Positions 36,675 through 45,707 are shown, numbered from the stretch's first letter. The stretch: DNA of 49,784 bases from Candidatus Fraserbacteria bacterium (GCA_037443265.1 JBBIOR010000007.1:1-49784); one strand, 5' to 3'. Notes: generated by a model not told the origin, from the letters alone. Numbers and translations are program-made.

Positions 36675-37265
36675 TTAAGGGTGTGTAGCAAGTCCCAACA
36701 CGATGATGAGAGTTGTGAAGCCGCTTAAAATGGCCAGAATAGCTCCTGCTGCCATCCCCATTTCAAACCGCCCTTTAGAAAAAGCAAAGTAGCCTGCGAT
36801 CATGACTGAGTAAGCAAGCAGGATAGCGGGCAAATAACCAAGGGATCTGGGCCAGGCGGTGATCATAAAAAACAGCGACAAAATCGTCAACCCCAGCGAG
36901 TAAAACACCCAGAACTTGGTCATTTTCCGACTGATTGTATTTATGATGGCTTGATCTGTTGATTGGTCGGCCTTATCTGTCAGAGTCAAAAGCTTCATAA
37001 CGTGTAGGATCACGTGTAGTAAAAGAAAGACCGCTAATACTCCTGCCAGCATGTACTGCGCGAAAAACAGCGAACCGATCAGAGCTATCATCACAGCTGC
37101 ACTGCCCAATACAGAAAATGGCAGCACAAAACGCTTTCGATCCAGAGCGGATTCATATCGGTTCCATTGATAAGTCAGCAGGAAAACTGTGAACGCGGTT
37201 GCCAACACACTGTTGATTAAAACAGCCTCCCAGCCTGGATAGATAAATTCACTTAGAATTTCCAT
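36675..37265 (-). CDS. Multi-pass membrane protein, candidate immunity protein of cassette B
   Basis: About 6 hydrophobic segments; starts 23 nt after the Cys-rich precursor B. The immunity role is inferred. Confidence 0.7.
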   Translation of the reverse strand: MEILSEFIYPGWEAVLINSVLATAFTVFLLTYQWNRYESALDRKRFVLPFSVLGSAAVMIALIGSLFFAQYMLAGVLAVFLLLHVILHVMKLLTLTDKADQSTDQAIINTISRKMTKFWVFYSLGLTILSLFFMITAWPRSLGYLPAILLAYSVMIAGYFAFSKGRFEMGMAAGAILAILSGFTTLIIVLGLATHP

Positions 37266-37288
37266 AGCTCAAGCCCCTAACTTTGCGT

Positions 37289-38378
37289 TTATGTACACCA
37301 CGGTGCACAGTCTGGAGGTGGAGGTGTAGAACCACCTGATCCTAAAGATGAACTAGAGCTGGGGTGGAGACAGCCTCTACAGCTAATTCCTGTGGCCAAA
37401 AGTTCAAGCCCTGTTGTGAAGGCCGCCCCGAGGCAACCGATGGGGCCAAAGAAGCAAAAAGCCAACGACCACCCAGTTGTAACGGTAGTAGCTGCGCTTA
37501 CTCCGCAACCCATGCACGAGAGATTATCGTGCGTTTGCCCTATAACCAGGCTCTGTCCACCAGTGTCTTCGGAAGCGACAAAGGCAGAGACCATTGCATC
37601 AATGTACTCTGAATTCTTTGTCAAGAGGCTGCCAACACGACTATAATGCCTCCATAATTTCCAATCTTTCGCCCTCCCGAGTTTTCTCTCTGTGCTCTCC
37701 GAAACACCTTCCAGGTCATTGTAAATATGAGGTGCCACATCTATTGTGTCATCCGGCAAGTGAATCTTGAATCTATGCCCCGAAAGGCGTTCCGCCAATT
37801 CAGATCGGTGATTCACAAATTGCTTATAGGCATGATCCTTTAATCGAATGCGCTGGTTCTTATCAATCAACCCACGCGCGTTAAAAGGCCAAAAGCCTAA
37901 TGTAGTTAATGCCTGTAACATTTCTTCAACTCGACTGGCGTCATAATTTGATGTAGCGGTAATCAAGTTCCCATCTTGATCCACCGAAAAAAGGAATAGT
38001 TCACCATCCCCGATAAGGACCCTACTGGTAATGGCACCACTCTTCCCCTCATAGGTAAGGTCAAACCCATGAAGTCTATCCTCCCAATTGATTGGAATTG
38101 CAGTGATCGCTTCATCCTTAAGCTTTAAATAGGCCTTCTTCTTCCCCTGCCTCAATCCATCAAGACCCTGCCCTTGAACTGGATCAACATCTTCTATTGA
38201 AATAATTTGGCTGGGCTTGACTTAGCTCAGGGATAAAGGCTTCTAGAGAACCACATCCCGTCAACCCGCCCAGCGCCATCAACCCGGTCCCGACTCCCAT
38301 GGCCCTAAGCACCTTTCTACGTGTGAGTCCTCCCCGACCTTCCTTGACCTCTTCGTATGTCTCTTTGCCACAGCACAT
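37289..38378 (-). pseudogene. Tat-lipoprotein precursor B with a Cys-rich bacteriocin-like C-terminus, split by a +1 frameshift
   Basis: ORF 38184-38378 carries TRRKVL and the lipobox LTG|C. Removing one base near 38206-38208 joins it to ORF 37289-38155, giving about 362 aa. Confidence 0.75.
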
Positions 38379-38414
38379 GACTTGTACCTCCTTCTTTGGC
38401 GAACTTCAAGTCCC
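38253..38414 (-). repeat. Direct repeat copy 1 (5' UTR, RBS and Tat-lipoprotein signal)
   Basis: GGGACTTGA.GT.CGCC..GAAGGAGGTA..ATGTGCTGTGGCAA.GAGACATACGA..; similar to 40105-40267. Confidence 0.9.
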
Positions 38415-38583
38415 TCTGTACTTGAGAACCACATGGCGAACCTGTTTGACTTGATAGGGTTTCGCCTTGGAGTCTTTGGGTTGCAGGTTCAAGATCTCTG
38501 CTACCCCGTCCTTGGTGAAGATATGATGGTCACCCCAGACTCGCTCTTCGAATCCCAGCTTGCGGAGCAACTGGCATAGTCCC
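38406..38583 (-). pseudogene. HicA-family toxin remnant
   Basis: LCQLLRKLGFEERVWGDHHIFTKDGVAEILNLQPKDSKAKPYQVKQVR matches the HicA pattern; no proper start, C-terminus cut by the repeat, no hicB nearby. Confidence 0.75.
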
Positions 38584-38593
38584 GTGTTCGTTT

Positions 38594-39307
38594 TCAGGGC
38601 TGATGCAAGGAGGCCAGGAAGAGCACAAGGGGTGAAAGCACCAGAGGGAGCACCATGAGGGTCAATGTGATGAGAGTCTCCTGACACTTCTCCAGAACAA
38701 AGCTGAATTCTTTGGGAGCTTTGGCCACTCTCAATCCCTCTTCCAGAGATGACCGTGGAATTGATTCTAAGTTCCAGATCACGGATTTCGGCGCTCTAAG
38801 AAGATCCGGATCATGTGCATACATAAAGACGAGATCTTCAGGAACGAGCCACATGATCAGTCGAGGGATCAAATCAGGGGTAAGGAAGATCGGTAGCAAA
38901 TAGAAGACCAAGGCCAAGACCAGTATGAAGGACGAGCTGAAGCTCAAATCGAGCCGTGCGATGAATTGCTGGCTTATATACAGCGATAGTAGTAGCAGAC
39001 TGTAAACACCTAAGATGGAGCTCCACCCAAACCAGAGCACTCTTCTTCTAGCTAGCCTGCTCCATCTTGGGAGGCTTTCGGATGGAGGATGGATTCGTAA
39101 CAAATATGGATAAAAGCCGATAAGATGATCCTTGATGTAGAAGAACAAATAGACGGAGCCTATCGTCAGAAGGAACAGAAAAGCCTTTGCTTGAAGGCGA
39201 GCTTGAACGTCGGAGTTCAAGTGAGTCATCAGCAAAGCAAATAGCGTTGCGATCAGGAGAAAGACGGCTACCAGTACTAGCAAAGGGGATAACCTTAACC
39301 TGACCAA
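38594..39307 (-). CDS. Multi-pass membrane protein, candidate immunity protein of cassette A
   Basis: About 5 TM segments; TTG start downstream of GAGGAG; directly after precursor A. Confidence 0.7.
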   Translation of the reverse strand: MVRLRLSPLLVLVAVFLLIATLFALLMTHLNSDVQARLQAKAFLFLLTIGSVYLFFYIKDHLIGFYPYLLRIHPPSESLPRWSRLARRRVLWFGWSSILGVYSLLLLSLYISQQFIARLDLSFSSSFILVLALVFYLLPIFLTPDLIPRLIMWLVPEDLVFMYAHDPDLLRAPKSVIWNLESIPRSSLEEGLRVAKAPKEFSFVLEKCQETLITLTLMVLPLVLSPLVLFLASLHQP

Positions 39308-39378
39308 CCTTGGGCGACTCCTCTTAGTCTACTACTCTACTTAAGGAACCTCGAAACATCCTACCTTGTCTTGGTGAT

Positions 39379-40230
39379 CTATCCTCTCTGCCACTCAAAT
39401 GTCAGACCTGCCAAACCATCATCCCTACAGATCCACCGACATGCCAGGTGTCCTAATATTGCCGTACCCAAATAGCAAGCCACATCTCCGATTCCTGGCT
39501 CTGGTCCATCCGCTGTAACGAGTATAAGGCATACTAACAGTCCAGCCGCGATCGCAACTGCATCGCATACCCACATGCATACCGTTTGAGCCCGGACTGG
39601 TAGGTCTTCTTCTCTGATTTCTAAGCTACTTGCACCGGAAACATCTGAATCAATACCCTCGATTACCCTCCGCCAATGTCGACTCCAACCTCCATCCTTC
39701 AGGATCGGCTCTAAGACTTCCTTCTTCCCGGAGGTCGGGAAATCTCTCTTGATTGCGTCAATTTGCTTAGGCCAAAAGACGTCCTTCAGCTCATTGAGGA
39801 AGTGATCCTCAAAGCCTTCAGGGAATTCCACAACTTCTGGAGCCTCTCGAATGACCTGATCAATCTGACTGCTGATGCCTATCTGATCTAGGTGGTCCAG
39901 AGCGTTAAGGGTTAGCTCCTTAGCCTTTTTTACTCTCTTGTCTAGTTCTTCCTTGGAGACTTCTTCCAGATGGTTCACTGCTTTTAGGACTTTCTTCCAT
40001 TGATTCCCTGATGCCTGAATGATATCCTTGGCGACTTGCCTTGCGCTGAGAGCAGTCAAGTTCCCGTTAGAATTTTCCCTGGCTGGAAACTGGAAAAGTT
40101 GCGTACACCCCGTCAGCCCACCCAGCGCTACCAACCCTGTGCCGACTCCCATCGCCTTGAGCACCTGTCGCCGTGTAAGTCCTACCCGAGCTTCCTTCCC
40201 TTCCTCGTATGTCTCCTTGCCACAGCACAT
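39379..40230 (-). CDS. Tat-lipoprotein precursor A (283 aa) with a Cys-rich bacteriocin-like C-terminus
   Basis: MCCGKETYEE..TRRQVLK..LTG|C signal, AAGGAGGT SD, C-terminal C-x3-C-x11-C-x17-C-x11-C-x3-C. Confidence 0.85.
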   Translation of the reverse strand: MCCGKETYEEGKEARVGLTRRQVLKAMGVGTGLVALGGLTGCTQLFQFPARENSNGNLTALSARQVAKDIIQASGNQWKKVLKAVNHLEEVSKEELDKRVKKAKELTLNALDHLDQIGISSQIDQVIREAPEVVEFPEGFEDHFLNELKDVFWPKQIDAIKRDFPTSGKKEVLEPILKDGGWSRHWRRVIEGIDSDVSGASSLEIREEDLPVRAQTVCMWVCDAVAIAAGLLVCLILVTADGPEPGIGDVACYLGTAILGHLACRWICRDDGLAGLTFEWQRG

Positions 40231-40267
40231 TTCTTTTACCTCCTTCGTTCGGCGGACGTCAAGTCCC
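40105..40267 (-). repeat. Direct repeat copy 2 (5' UTR, RBS and Tat-lipoprotein signal)
   Basis: Similar to 38253-38414; the similarity stops at the lipobox Cys codon. Confidence 0.9.
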
Positions 40268-40268
40268 C

Positions 40269-40318
40269 GGTAAGGTAAGGTAAGGTAAGGTAAGGTAAGG
40301 TAAGGTAAGGTAAGGTAA
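40269..40318. repeat. Perfect pentanucleotide microsatellite (GGTAA)10
   Basis: Ten exact tandem copies counted in the sequence. Confidence 0.97.
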
Positions 40319-40346
40319 GAGTAGCAGAACTTTAAAGATTTGTCAA
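40318..40346 (-). promoter_or_regulatory. Promoter of the island operon
   Basis: TTGACA (40346-40341), N17, TACTCT with an extended TG; directly abuts the microsatellite. Confidence 0.75.
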
Positions 40347-40476
40347 GACCCTCCAATCTGCTGCGATGAAAACCCGGGATTGTGAGATTCTACAGGAAAT
40401 GCTGCTTCTAGCTTTGTGAGGAAGAGCGAAGTTATAATAATCAGAGCTCGGAAAGTTTTTCGGAGGAATACGAACG

Positions 40477-41142
40477 ATTTCTAAGAAGACCTTTGACATT
40501 GACATCGCTCTGCACCGGATTGAGGGGGCTGTCCGGCCGTACCCGAAGGCCGCGCTCTTTGAGCTGGCCGAAGAGGGTTTCAATGCGCCCTTTGAGATTC
40601 TCGTGGCTTGCATCATCTCGATTCGAACTTTGGATGAAGTGATGCTCCCAACGGCGCGTAGGCTATTCGCTCGCGCTCGCTCTCCACAAGCCCTTGCAGC
40701 TCTGACTCCACAAGAGATCGACGAGCTCATTCGAGCATGCACGTTCCATGAGCGCAAGGCGCATCAGATTCACGCCATCGCAAAGCGCGTCATCGAAGGA
40801 TACAGCGGCCGACTGCCCTGCGATGAGGGGGTCTTGCTCTCGTTTGCGGGCGTGGGGCCGAAGTGCGCAAATCTCGTGCTGGGCATTGCTTGTGGTCAAC
40901 CGCGGATTGCGGTAGACATCCACGTGCATCGCGTCACGAACCGTTGGGGCTACGTGCGAGCCTCCGCTCCCGAGCGCACCCTGGCTGCCTTGGAAGGGAA
41001 GTTGCCGCGCCGTTATTGGGTGGACATCAATCGTTTGCTGGTGCCGTTTGGCAAGCAGATCTGCACGGGGCAGTTGCCTCGTTGCTCCATCTGCCCTGTG
41101 CTCGATATGTGCCCGCGCCTTGGAGTCACAGCCCATCGTTGA
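40477..41142 (+). CDS. nth: Endonuclease III (HhH-GPD glycosylase with 4Fe-4S cluster)
   Basis: GVGPKCANL HhH, VDIHVHRV, C-x6-C-x2-C-x5-C. The Nth-like frame extends upstream to an ATT at 40477 after GGAGG. Confidence 0.9.
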   Translation: MSKKTFDIDIALHRIEGAVRPYPKAALFELAEEGFNAPFEILVACIISIRTLDEVMLPTARRLFARARSPQALAALTPQEIDELIRACTFHERKAHQIHAIAKRVIEGYSGRLPCDEGVLLSFAGVGPKCANLVLGIACGQPRIAVDIHVHRVTNRWGYVRASAPERTLAALEGKLPRRYWVDINRLLVPFGKQICTGQLPRCSICPVLDMCPRLGVTAHR

Positions 41143-42159
41143 TCAGGGCACCAAGACGACCTTCCCGATATTCTTGCGCTCTTCAATGTAGCGATGGGCC
41201 TCGGTGGCCTGCTCAAACGGAAAGACTTTATCGACGTGTGGGCGGATCCAGCCCTCGGCCACGCCCTTTAAAAGCTCTTGCATCCACGCGCGCACTCTGC
41301 CGCCTTCGCCCCAGAGATGCCCTAAATTGACGCCGAAGACTCCACGGTTCCTGCTGATCAGAGGCAGGGGATGGAACCAGGGGGCCTGGAGCGCGCTCTT
41401 GAGCAGACGCAGCTTGCCTCCCCATCTAGGCTCTGCTGCCGAGGAGATCCCGAACATGCCCAGACGCCCCGTGGGCCGCAGCATCCGGTAGCTCTTCTTC
41501 CAGTGGGACCCACCGATGGGATCGATGATTAAATCTACCCCCCGGCCCTCTGTCAGCTCTCGGAGGGCGTCAGTCCAGTCCTGGCTGCGATAGTCGATGG
41601 GGTGATCGAGCCCTCTTCTTTTGAGAAACTCATGCTTGCTGGAGCTGGCCGTACCATAGGTGACGGCTCCGATGTGTTTTGCGATGTCCAGTGCAGCCAG
41701 GCCCACTCCGCCTCCGGCATTGTGAATGAGCACGGATTCGCCCTTCTTGAGCGAGCCCATCACCACGAGCAACTGATACGCCGTCAGATAATTGACGGGA
41801 ATGGCAGCCGCCTGCTCGAAGCTCAGAGACGGCGGCTTCTCGAAGAGTTGATGGACGGGCAGAGCGATCAAGTCAGAATATCCCCCGAAGCGGGTGATGG
41901 CCATCACAGCCTTCCCGATGAGCGCCGGATCCACTCCTCTTCCTACTGCTTCGATGATGCCAGAGATCTCATAGCCGACGACGCAGGGCGGCTTAGGGGC
42001 ATCCGGATAGAGGCCCCTCCGAGCCAGAATATCTGCGAAGTTGATCCCCGAGCCTTTGACGCGGATGAGCACTTGCCCCTCTTGGGGCTTGGGATCTGCG
42101 CGCTCTTGGAGCTTGAGCACATCGGCATGGCCATGCCGGGTGATGACGATCTGGCGCAC
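41143..42159 (-). CDS. MDR-family NADPH:quinone oxidoreductase-like (VAT-1-like) protein
   Basis: GINFADILARRGLYP, GYE, PVNYLTAY, HNAGGGVG, NIGKVVL. Confidence 0.88.
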   Translation of the reverse strand: MRQIVITRHGHADVLKLQERADPKPQEGQVLIRVKGSGINFADILARRGLYPDAPKPPCVVGYEISGIIEAVGRGVDPALIGKAVMAITRFGGYSDLIALPVHQLFEKPPSLSFEQAAAIPVNYLTAYQLLVVMGSLKKGESVLIHNAGGGVGLAALDIAKHIGAVTYGTASSSKHEFLKRRGLDHPIDYRSQDWTDALRELTEGRGVDLIIDPIGGSHWKKSYRMLRPTGRLGMFGISSAAEPRWGGKLRLLKSALQAPWFHPLPLISRNRGVFGVNLGHLWGEGGRVRAWMQELLKGVAEGWIRPHVDKVFPFEQATEAHRYIEERKNIGKVVLVP

Positions 42160-42209
42160 GGTATGATCCCCTCTCCTTGAAAACTGGATCTTCCATCGCC
42201 GCGGCTTAC

Positions 42210-44792
42210 CTAGATCCTCTCTTTGAGCTTACTCAGAATGTTCAAGGCCTCAATGGGCGTCAGCTGGTTGACGTCGATCTTCTTGAGTTCTTCAATTACG
42301 GGATGAGGCTCTCCAGAGAAGAGTGCCGGCTGCTTGATCACCTTGGGCCTGAGGGGCTTCTTGCCCTCAATCGCCTCCAGCGGATTGCCCTGCAAGATTC
42401 TATGAAGAATCTCGCTCGCTTGGTCCGTGACTTCCTTGGGAAGCCCGGCGAGTTTGGCCACGTGCACCCCATAGCTTCCCTCCGCCACCCCGCGCTCCAC
42501 TCGGTGAAGGAAGATCACTTGATCCCCATATTCTTTGACCAGCACGTTCATGTTCACCACGCCGGGCAGCTTCTCTTCTAAAAGCGTCAGCTCATGATAG
42601 TGCGTGGCAAAGAGTGTTTTGGCTTTGACTCTCTTGACGAGATACTCCGCCACGGCCCAAGCAATCGAGACCCCGTCGAAGGTGCTCGTCCCCCGGCCCA
42701 TTTCGTCTAGAATCACAAGACTTCGCTCCGTGGCGTTATGGAGAATGTTGGCCGTCTCGAGCATCTCGACCATGAAAGTCGAATATCCGAAGGCCAGCAT
42801 GTCCGAAGCCCCCACGCGGGTGAAGATCTTATCGACAATGGGAAGCTTGGCACTCTTCGCAGGCACAAACGAGCCCATCTGAGCCATCAAGCAAATTAGT
42901 GCATTCTGTCTGAGCCACGTCGACTTTCCAGACATGTTCGGTCCTGTTAGAATCACAAGGATTTCATTCTCTTTTAGTTTGAGATCGTTGGGGACGAACT
43001 CTTGGCCCCTCTGCCGCCCTTCCACCAGGGGGTGGCGGCCCTCGAGGATCTCGATCTCACGCCCCTCCGTAAAACGAGGCCGACAGTAGTTGTTCTTCTT
43101 CGCTACTTCGCCCAGCGCGGCATACACATCCAGCTCGGCGATGACTTGTGCGAGTCTTTGAATGTCTTTGACGTGCTTTGCCACGCGATCCCGCAGCTTC
43201 AAGAAGAGCTCATATTCAAGCTTCTGGGCTCTCTCTTGAGCTGACAAGATCTTCTCTTCGTATTCTTTCAGCTCAGGCGTGATGTAGCGCTCGGCTTGGG
43301 TGAGGGTCTGCTTGCGAATGTACTCAGGCGGCACACGCTTGGAATGCGTCTTCGTCACTTCAATGTAGTAGCCGAAGACGGTGTTGTAGCCGACTTTGAG
43401 GGACGGGATCTGTGTGCGTTGCTGTTCTAGACGTTCCAGTTCCAGAATTTTTTGTTTATATTCGCGCTCTTGTTCTTTGAAGGCATCTAGCGCGGGGGAG
43501 TAGCCCTCTTTCAAGATGCCGCCCTCTTTGAGCGTGAAGGGAGCATCCTCGCGCAGCGCTCGACTCAGCTCCTTAGCGAGATCATCGAGTGGGAGCTCTT
43601 CAAGTGTCCTTGCCAGCTCCTTAAGTCGCGCAACCTCGCTATGGACCTGCCAATCTGAAACTTGCTGGCGCAGCACAGGCAGGTGCTTAAGCGATTGCTC
43701 AAGTGAGAGCAGATCCCTGGGATTGGCCCGATTCGAGCCCAGTTTCCCGGCCAAGCGCTCCACGTCATAGATCTGAGCCAGAAGCTCTCGGAGCTCGTGT
43801 CGGGCCAGCTCTTGTTCGTAAAAGAGCTCGACCATGTCCAATCTCTTCTCGATGGCCGCTCTGTCAATCAAGGGGCTTAAGATCCACTTGCGCAGCAGCC
43901 GCTCCCCCATGCCCGTGATCGTCCCCTTGAGCACGGTCAGAAGCGTGTGTTCCTCGCCTCCGGTGCGCAGTTCTCTTACGAGCTCGAGATTGCGCTGGGT
44001 GAAGGGGTCGAGCCCCATCTGCTCCGAGGTCGCATAGAACGACGGGGGATGGAGATGGCTGAGTCCCTCTTTCTGCGTCTCTTTGAGATAGCGCAGGAGT
44101 CCTCCGGCCGCGCGGGCCGCCAGAGGCGTAAGCCCCAAGCCCTCCAGCGAGAGGAGCTGGAAATGCTCGGCTACGACATCAGGCTTGAAATGAGAGCGAT
44201 CCAGCTCGGTGATGGCCAAATGGTGCTCCGGATCGGGATGGAGATCTTTCACGTCGTGTCCGCGCGGGAGGACAAGTTCTGTGGGCTGAAGGCGCACGAG
44301 CTCGTGCTGGGCCTCCGTGAGATCTTTCAATTCCGTGGCCTGGAACTCCCCCGTGGAGACGTCGGCCACGGCCAAGCCGACTCTCCCATTTTCCACGAAG
44401 AGTGCGGCAATGTGATTGCTCTTGCCCCGCTCGAGCGCCTCTTCATCGAGCACGGTGCCGGGAGTGACGATGCGCACCACATCGCGCTCGACGACTCCTT
44501 TGGCCTCCTCGGGATCTTGCAGCTGATCGCAGAGGGCGACTTTATAGCCCTTTTTTAATAAGCGATTGATGTAGAGATGGGCTCTTTTAATGGGTACGCC
44601 CGCCATCGGAGCCTCGTCTCGTCGGGTGAGCACGAGATCCAGCTCGCGGGAGATGAGCTCCGCGTCCTCATAGAACGTCTCGTAGAATTCGCCCAGCTGA
44701 AAGAACAAGATGACGTCCCGGTGCTTTTCTTTCAGCCGGAAATACTGCTGCATCATCGGAGTGAGCTTGGCCATCACAACCCCCGGGAGCAC
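42210..44792 (-). CDS. mutS: DNA mismatch repair protein MutS
   Basis: TPMMQQY, GEFYETF, TGPNMSGKST, STFMVEM, DEMGRGTST, FATHYHEL; start is GTG 44792 or ATG 44774. Confidence 0.97.
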   Translation of the reverse strand: MLPGVVMAKLTPMMQQYFRLKEKHRDVILFFQLGEFYETFYEDAELISRELDLVLTRRDEAPMAGVPIKRAHLYINRLLKKGYKVALCDQLQDPEEAKGVVERDVVRIVTPGTVLDEEALERGKSNHIAALFVENGRVGLAVADVSTGEFQATELKDLTEAQHELVRLQPTELVLPRGHDVKDLHPDPEHHLAITELDRSHFKPDVVAEHFQLLSLEGLGLTPLAARAAGGLLRYLKETQKEGLSHLHPPSFYATSEQMGLDPFTQRNLELVRELRTGGEEHTLLTVLKGTITGMGERLLRKWILSPLIDRAAIEKRLDMVELFYEQELARHELRELLAQIYDVERLAGKLGSNRANPRDLLSLEQSLKHLPVLRQQVSDWQVHSEVARLKELARTLEELPLDDLAKELSRALREDAPFTLKEGGILKEGYSPALDAFKEQEREYKQKILELERLEQQRTQIPSLKVGYNTVFGYYIEVTKTHSKRVPPEYIRKQTLTQAERYITPELKEYEEKILSAQERAQKLEYELFLKLRDRVAKHVKDIQRLAQVIAELDVYAALGEVAKKNNYCRPRFTEGREIEILEGRHPLVEGRQRGQEFVPNDLKLKENEILVILTGPNMSGKSTWLRQNALICLMAQMGSFVPAKSAKLPIVDKIFTRVGASDMLAFGYSTFMVEMLETANILHNATERSLVILDEMGRGTSTFDGVSIAWAVAEYLVKRVKAKTLFATHYHELTLLEEKLPGVVNMNVLVKEYGDQVIFLHRVERGVAEGSYGVHVAKLAGLPKEVTDQASEILHRILQGNPLEAIEGKKPLRPKVIKQPALFSGEPHPVIEELKKIDVNQLTPIEALNILSKLKERI

Positions 44793-44855
44793 ATGTACAT
44801 GCTAACGAGCGGAGTGGGTTGAAGGCAAGGCGTCTATCTGCTACATCTACAGGCT

Positions 44856-45593
44856 ATGGTGGTGCGCACCCAACGAAGATCCTCGATCGTCGAGCCCATT
44901 CGCGCGCTGGACAAGATCAAGATCGTTGAATGCGGCGAGCCGCTGGTGAGCCTCGCGGAGCACTGCCCTGAGGTGCTCTTAAGCCGGGAGCCGGATCGCT
45001 CCGGGAGGCCGCGCATATTCTATGTGCGAAAGACGGTGGCCGCCATGCTCAATTGCGCACAAAGGCTCCTCCCCCAAAGGCACAAGCTGCTTGTCTGGAG
45101 CGCCTATCGCACCTTGGACTACCAGCGATTCGTCTACCACGAGATCTATGAGCATTTGAAAAGGGAGCATCCCCGCTGGCCGGAAAATATTTTGAGGCGC
45201 GAGGCGAATCGCTTCGTGCATCCGCCGGATGCCAAGACGCCCCCGGGCCATTGCACCGGCGGAGCAGTGGATGTGACCATCGTGGGTCCGGATGGGCAAG
45301 AACTCGATATGACTTCGCCCTACGGGAGGGAGCGCGAAGAGATGCGCCGGGTGGCCGCGACGCACGATCCAAAGATCTCCGAGACGGCTCGCAAAAATAG
45401 ACAGCTGCTCATCGACGTGATGACCCGAGCGGGTTTTACGAACTATGCAGGCGAGTGGTGGCACTGGTCGTATGGGGAGAGCTGCTGGGCGTGGCGCCTG
45501 GGGAGGAAGACGGCCATCTATGGGCTTGTGGAGCCGACGGAAGAGATCTTGCAAATCCTTGAGGCTCAGGAAGCTCATAATCGAACGCTTTAA
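44856..45593 (+). CDS. M15-family D-Ala-D-Ala dipeptidase-like metallopeptidase, copy 1
   Basis: AYR, H-x2-GGAVD and EWWHWSYG motifs. Confidence 0.88.
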   Translation: MVVRTQRRSSIVEPIRALDKIKIVECGEPLVSLAEHCPEVLLSREPDRSGRPRIFYVRKTVAAMLNCAQRLLPQRHKLLVWSAYRTLDYQRFVYHEIYEHLKREHPRWPENILRREANRFVHPPDAKTPPGHCTGGAVDVTIVGPDGQELDMTSPYGREREEMRRVAATHDPKISETARKNRQLLIDVMTRAGFTNYAGEWWHWSYGESCWAWRLGRKTAIYGLVEPTEEILQILEAQEAHNRTL

Positions 45594-45632
45594 CTTAAGT
45601 GCGAACGCGGTGACGCTCTAGCCGCTCTCGTC

Positions 45633-45662
45633 TTGACAGCTCCATACCCAATCGACTATATT
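45633..45662 (+). promoter_or_regulatory. Promoter of the peptidase-MFS-chrA block
   Basis: TTGACA-N18-TATATT. Confidence 0.6.
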
Positions 45663-45707
45663 ATTTCAACGAATAAGCAATTACTTATAAAAAGGGGAGC
45701 AGGCAGA

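Larger units (their letters stand above)
36395..40350 (-). mobile_element. AT-richer accessory island between ispD and nth (no integrase visible)
   Basis: Visible shift in base and codon composition, orphan genes all on the minus strand, an internal direct repeat and a truncated hicA. Confidence 0.65.

Noticed and set aside
38406..38687. Intact 93-aa HicA toxin of a TA pair
   Set aside because: The N-terminal part overlaps the upstream membrane gene and is not HicA-like, and there is no hicB; treated as a remnant.
40269..40318. Possible CRISPR array, or a YLTLP-repeat N-terminus (ORF track start 40356)
   Set aside because: It is a pure 5-bp tandem repeat with no spacers and no cas genes. 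The SD and the paralogue place the real start at 40230.
36395..40350. Prophage, IS or integron as the carrier of the island
   Set aside because: No integrase, transposase, terminal inverted repeats, attC-like sites or flanking tRNA were visible.
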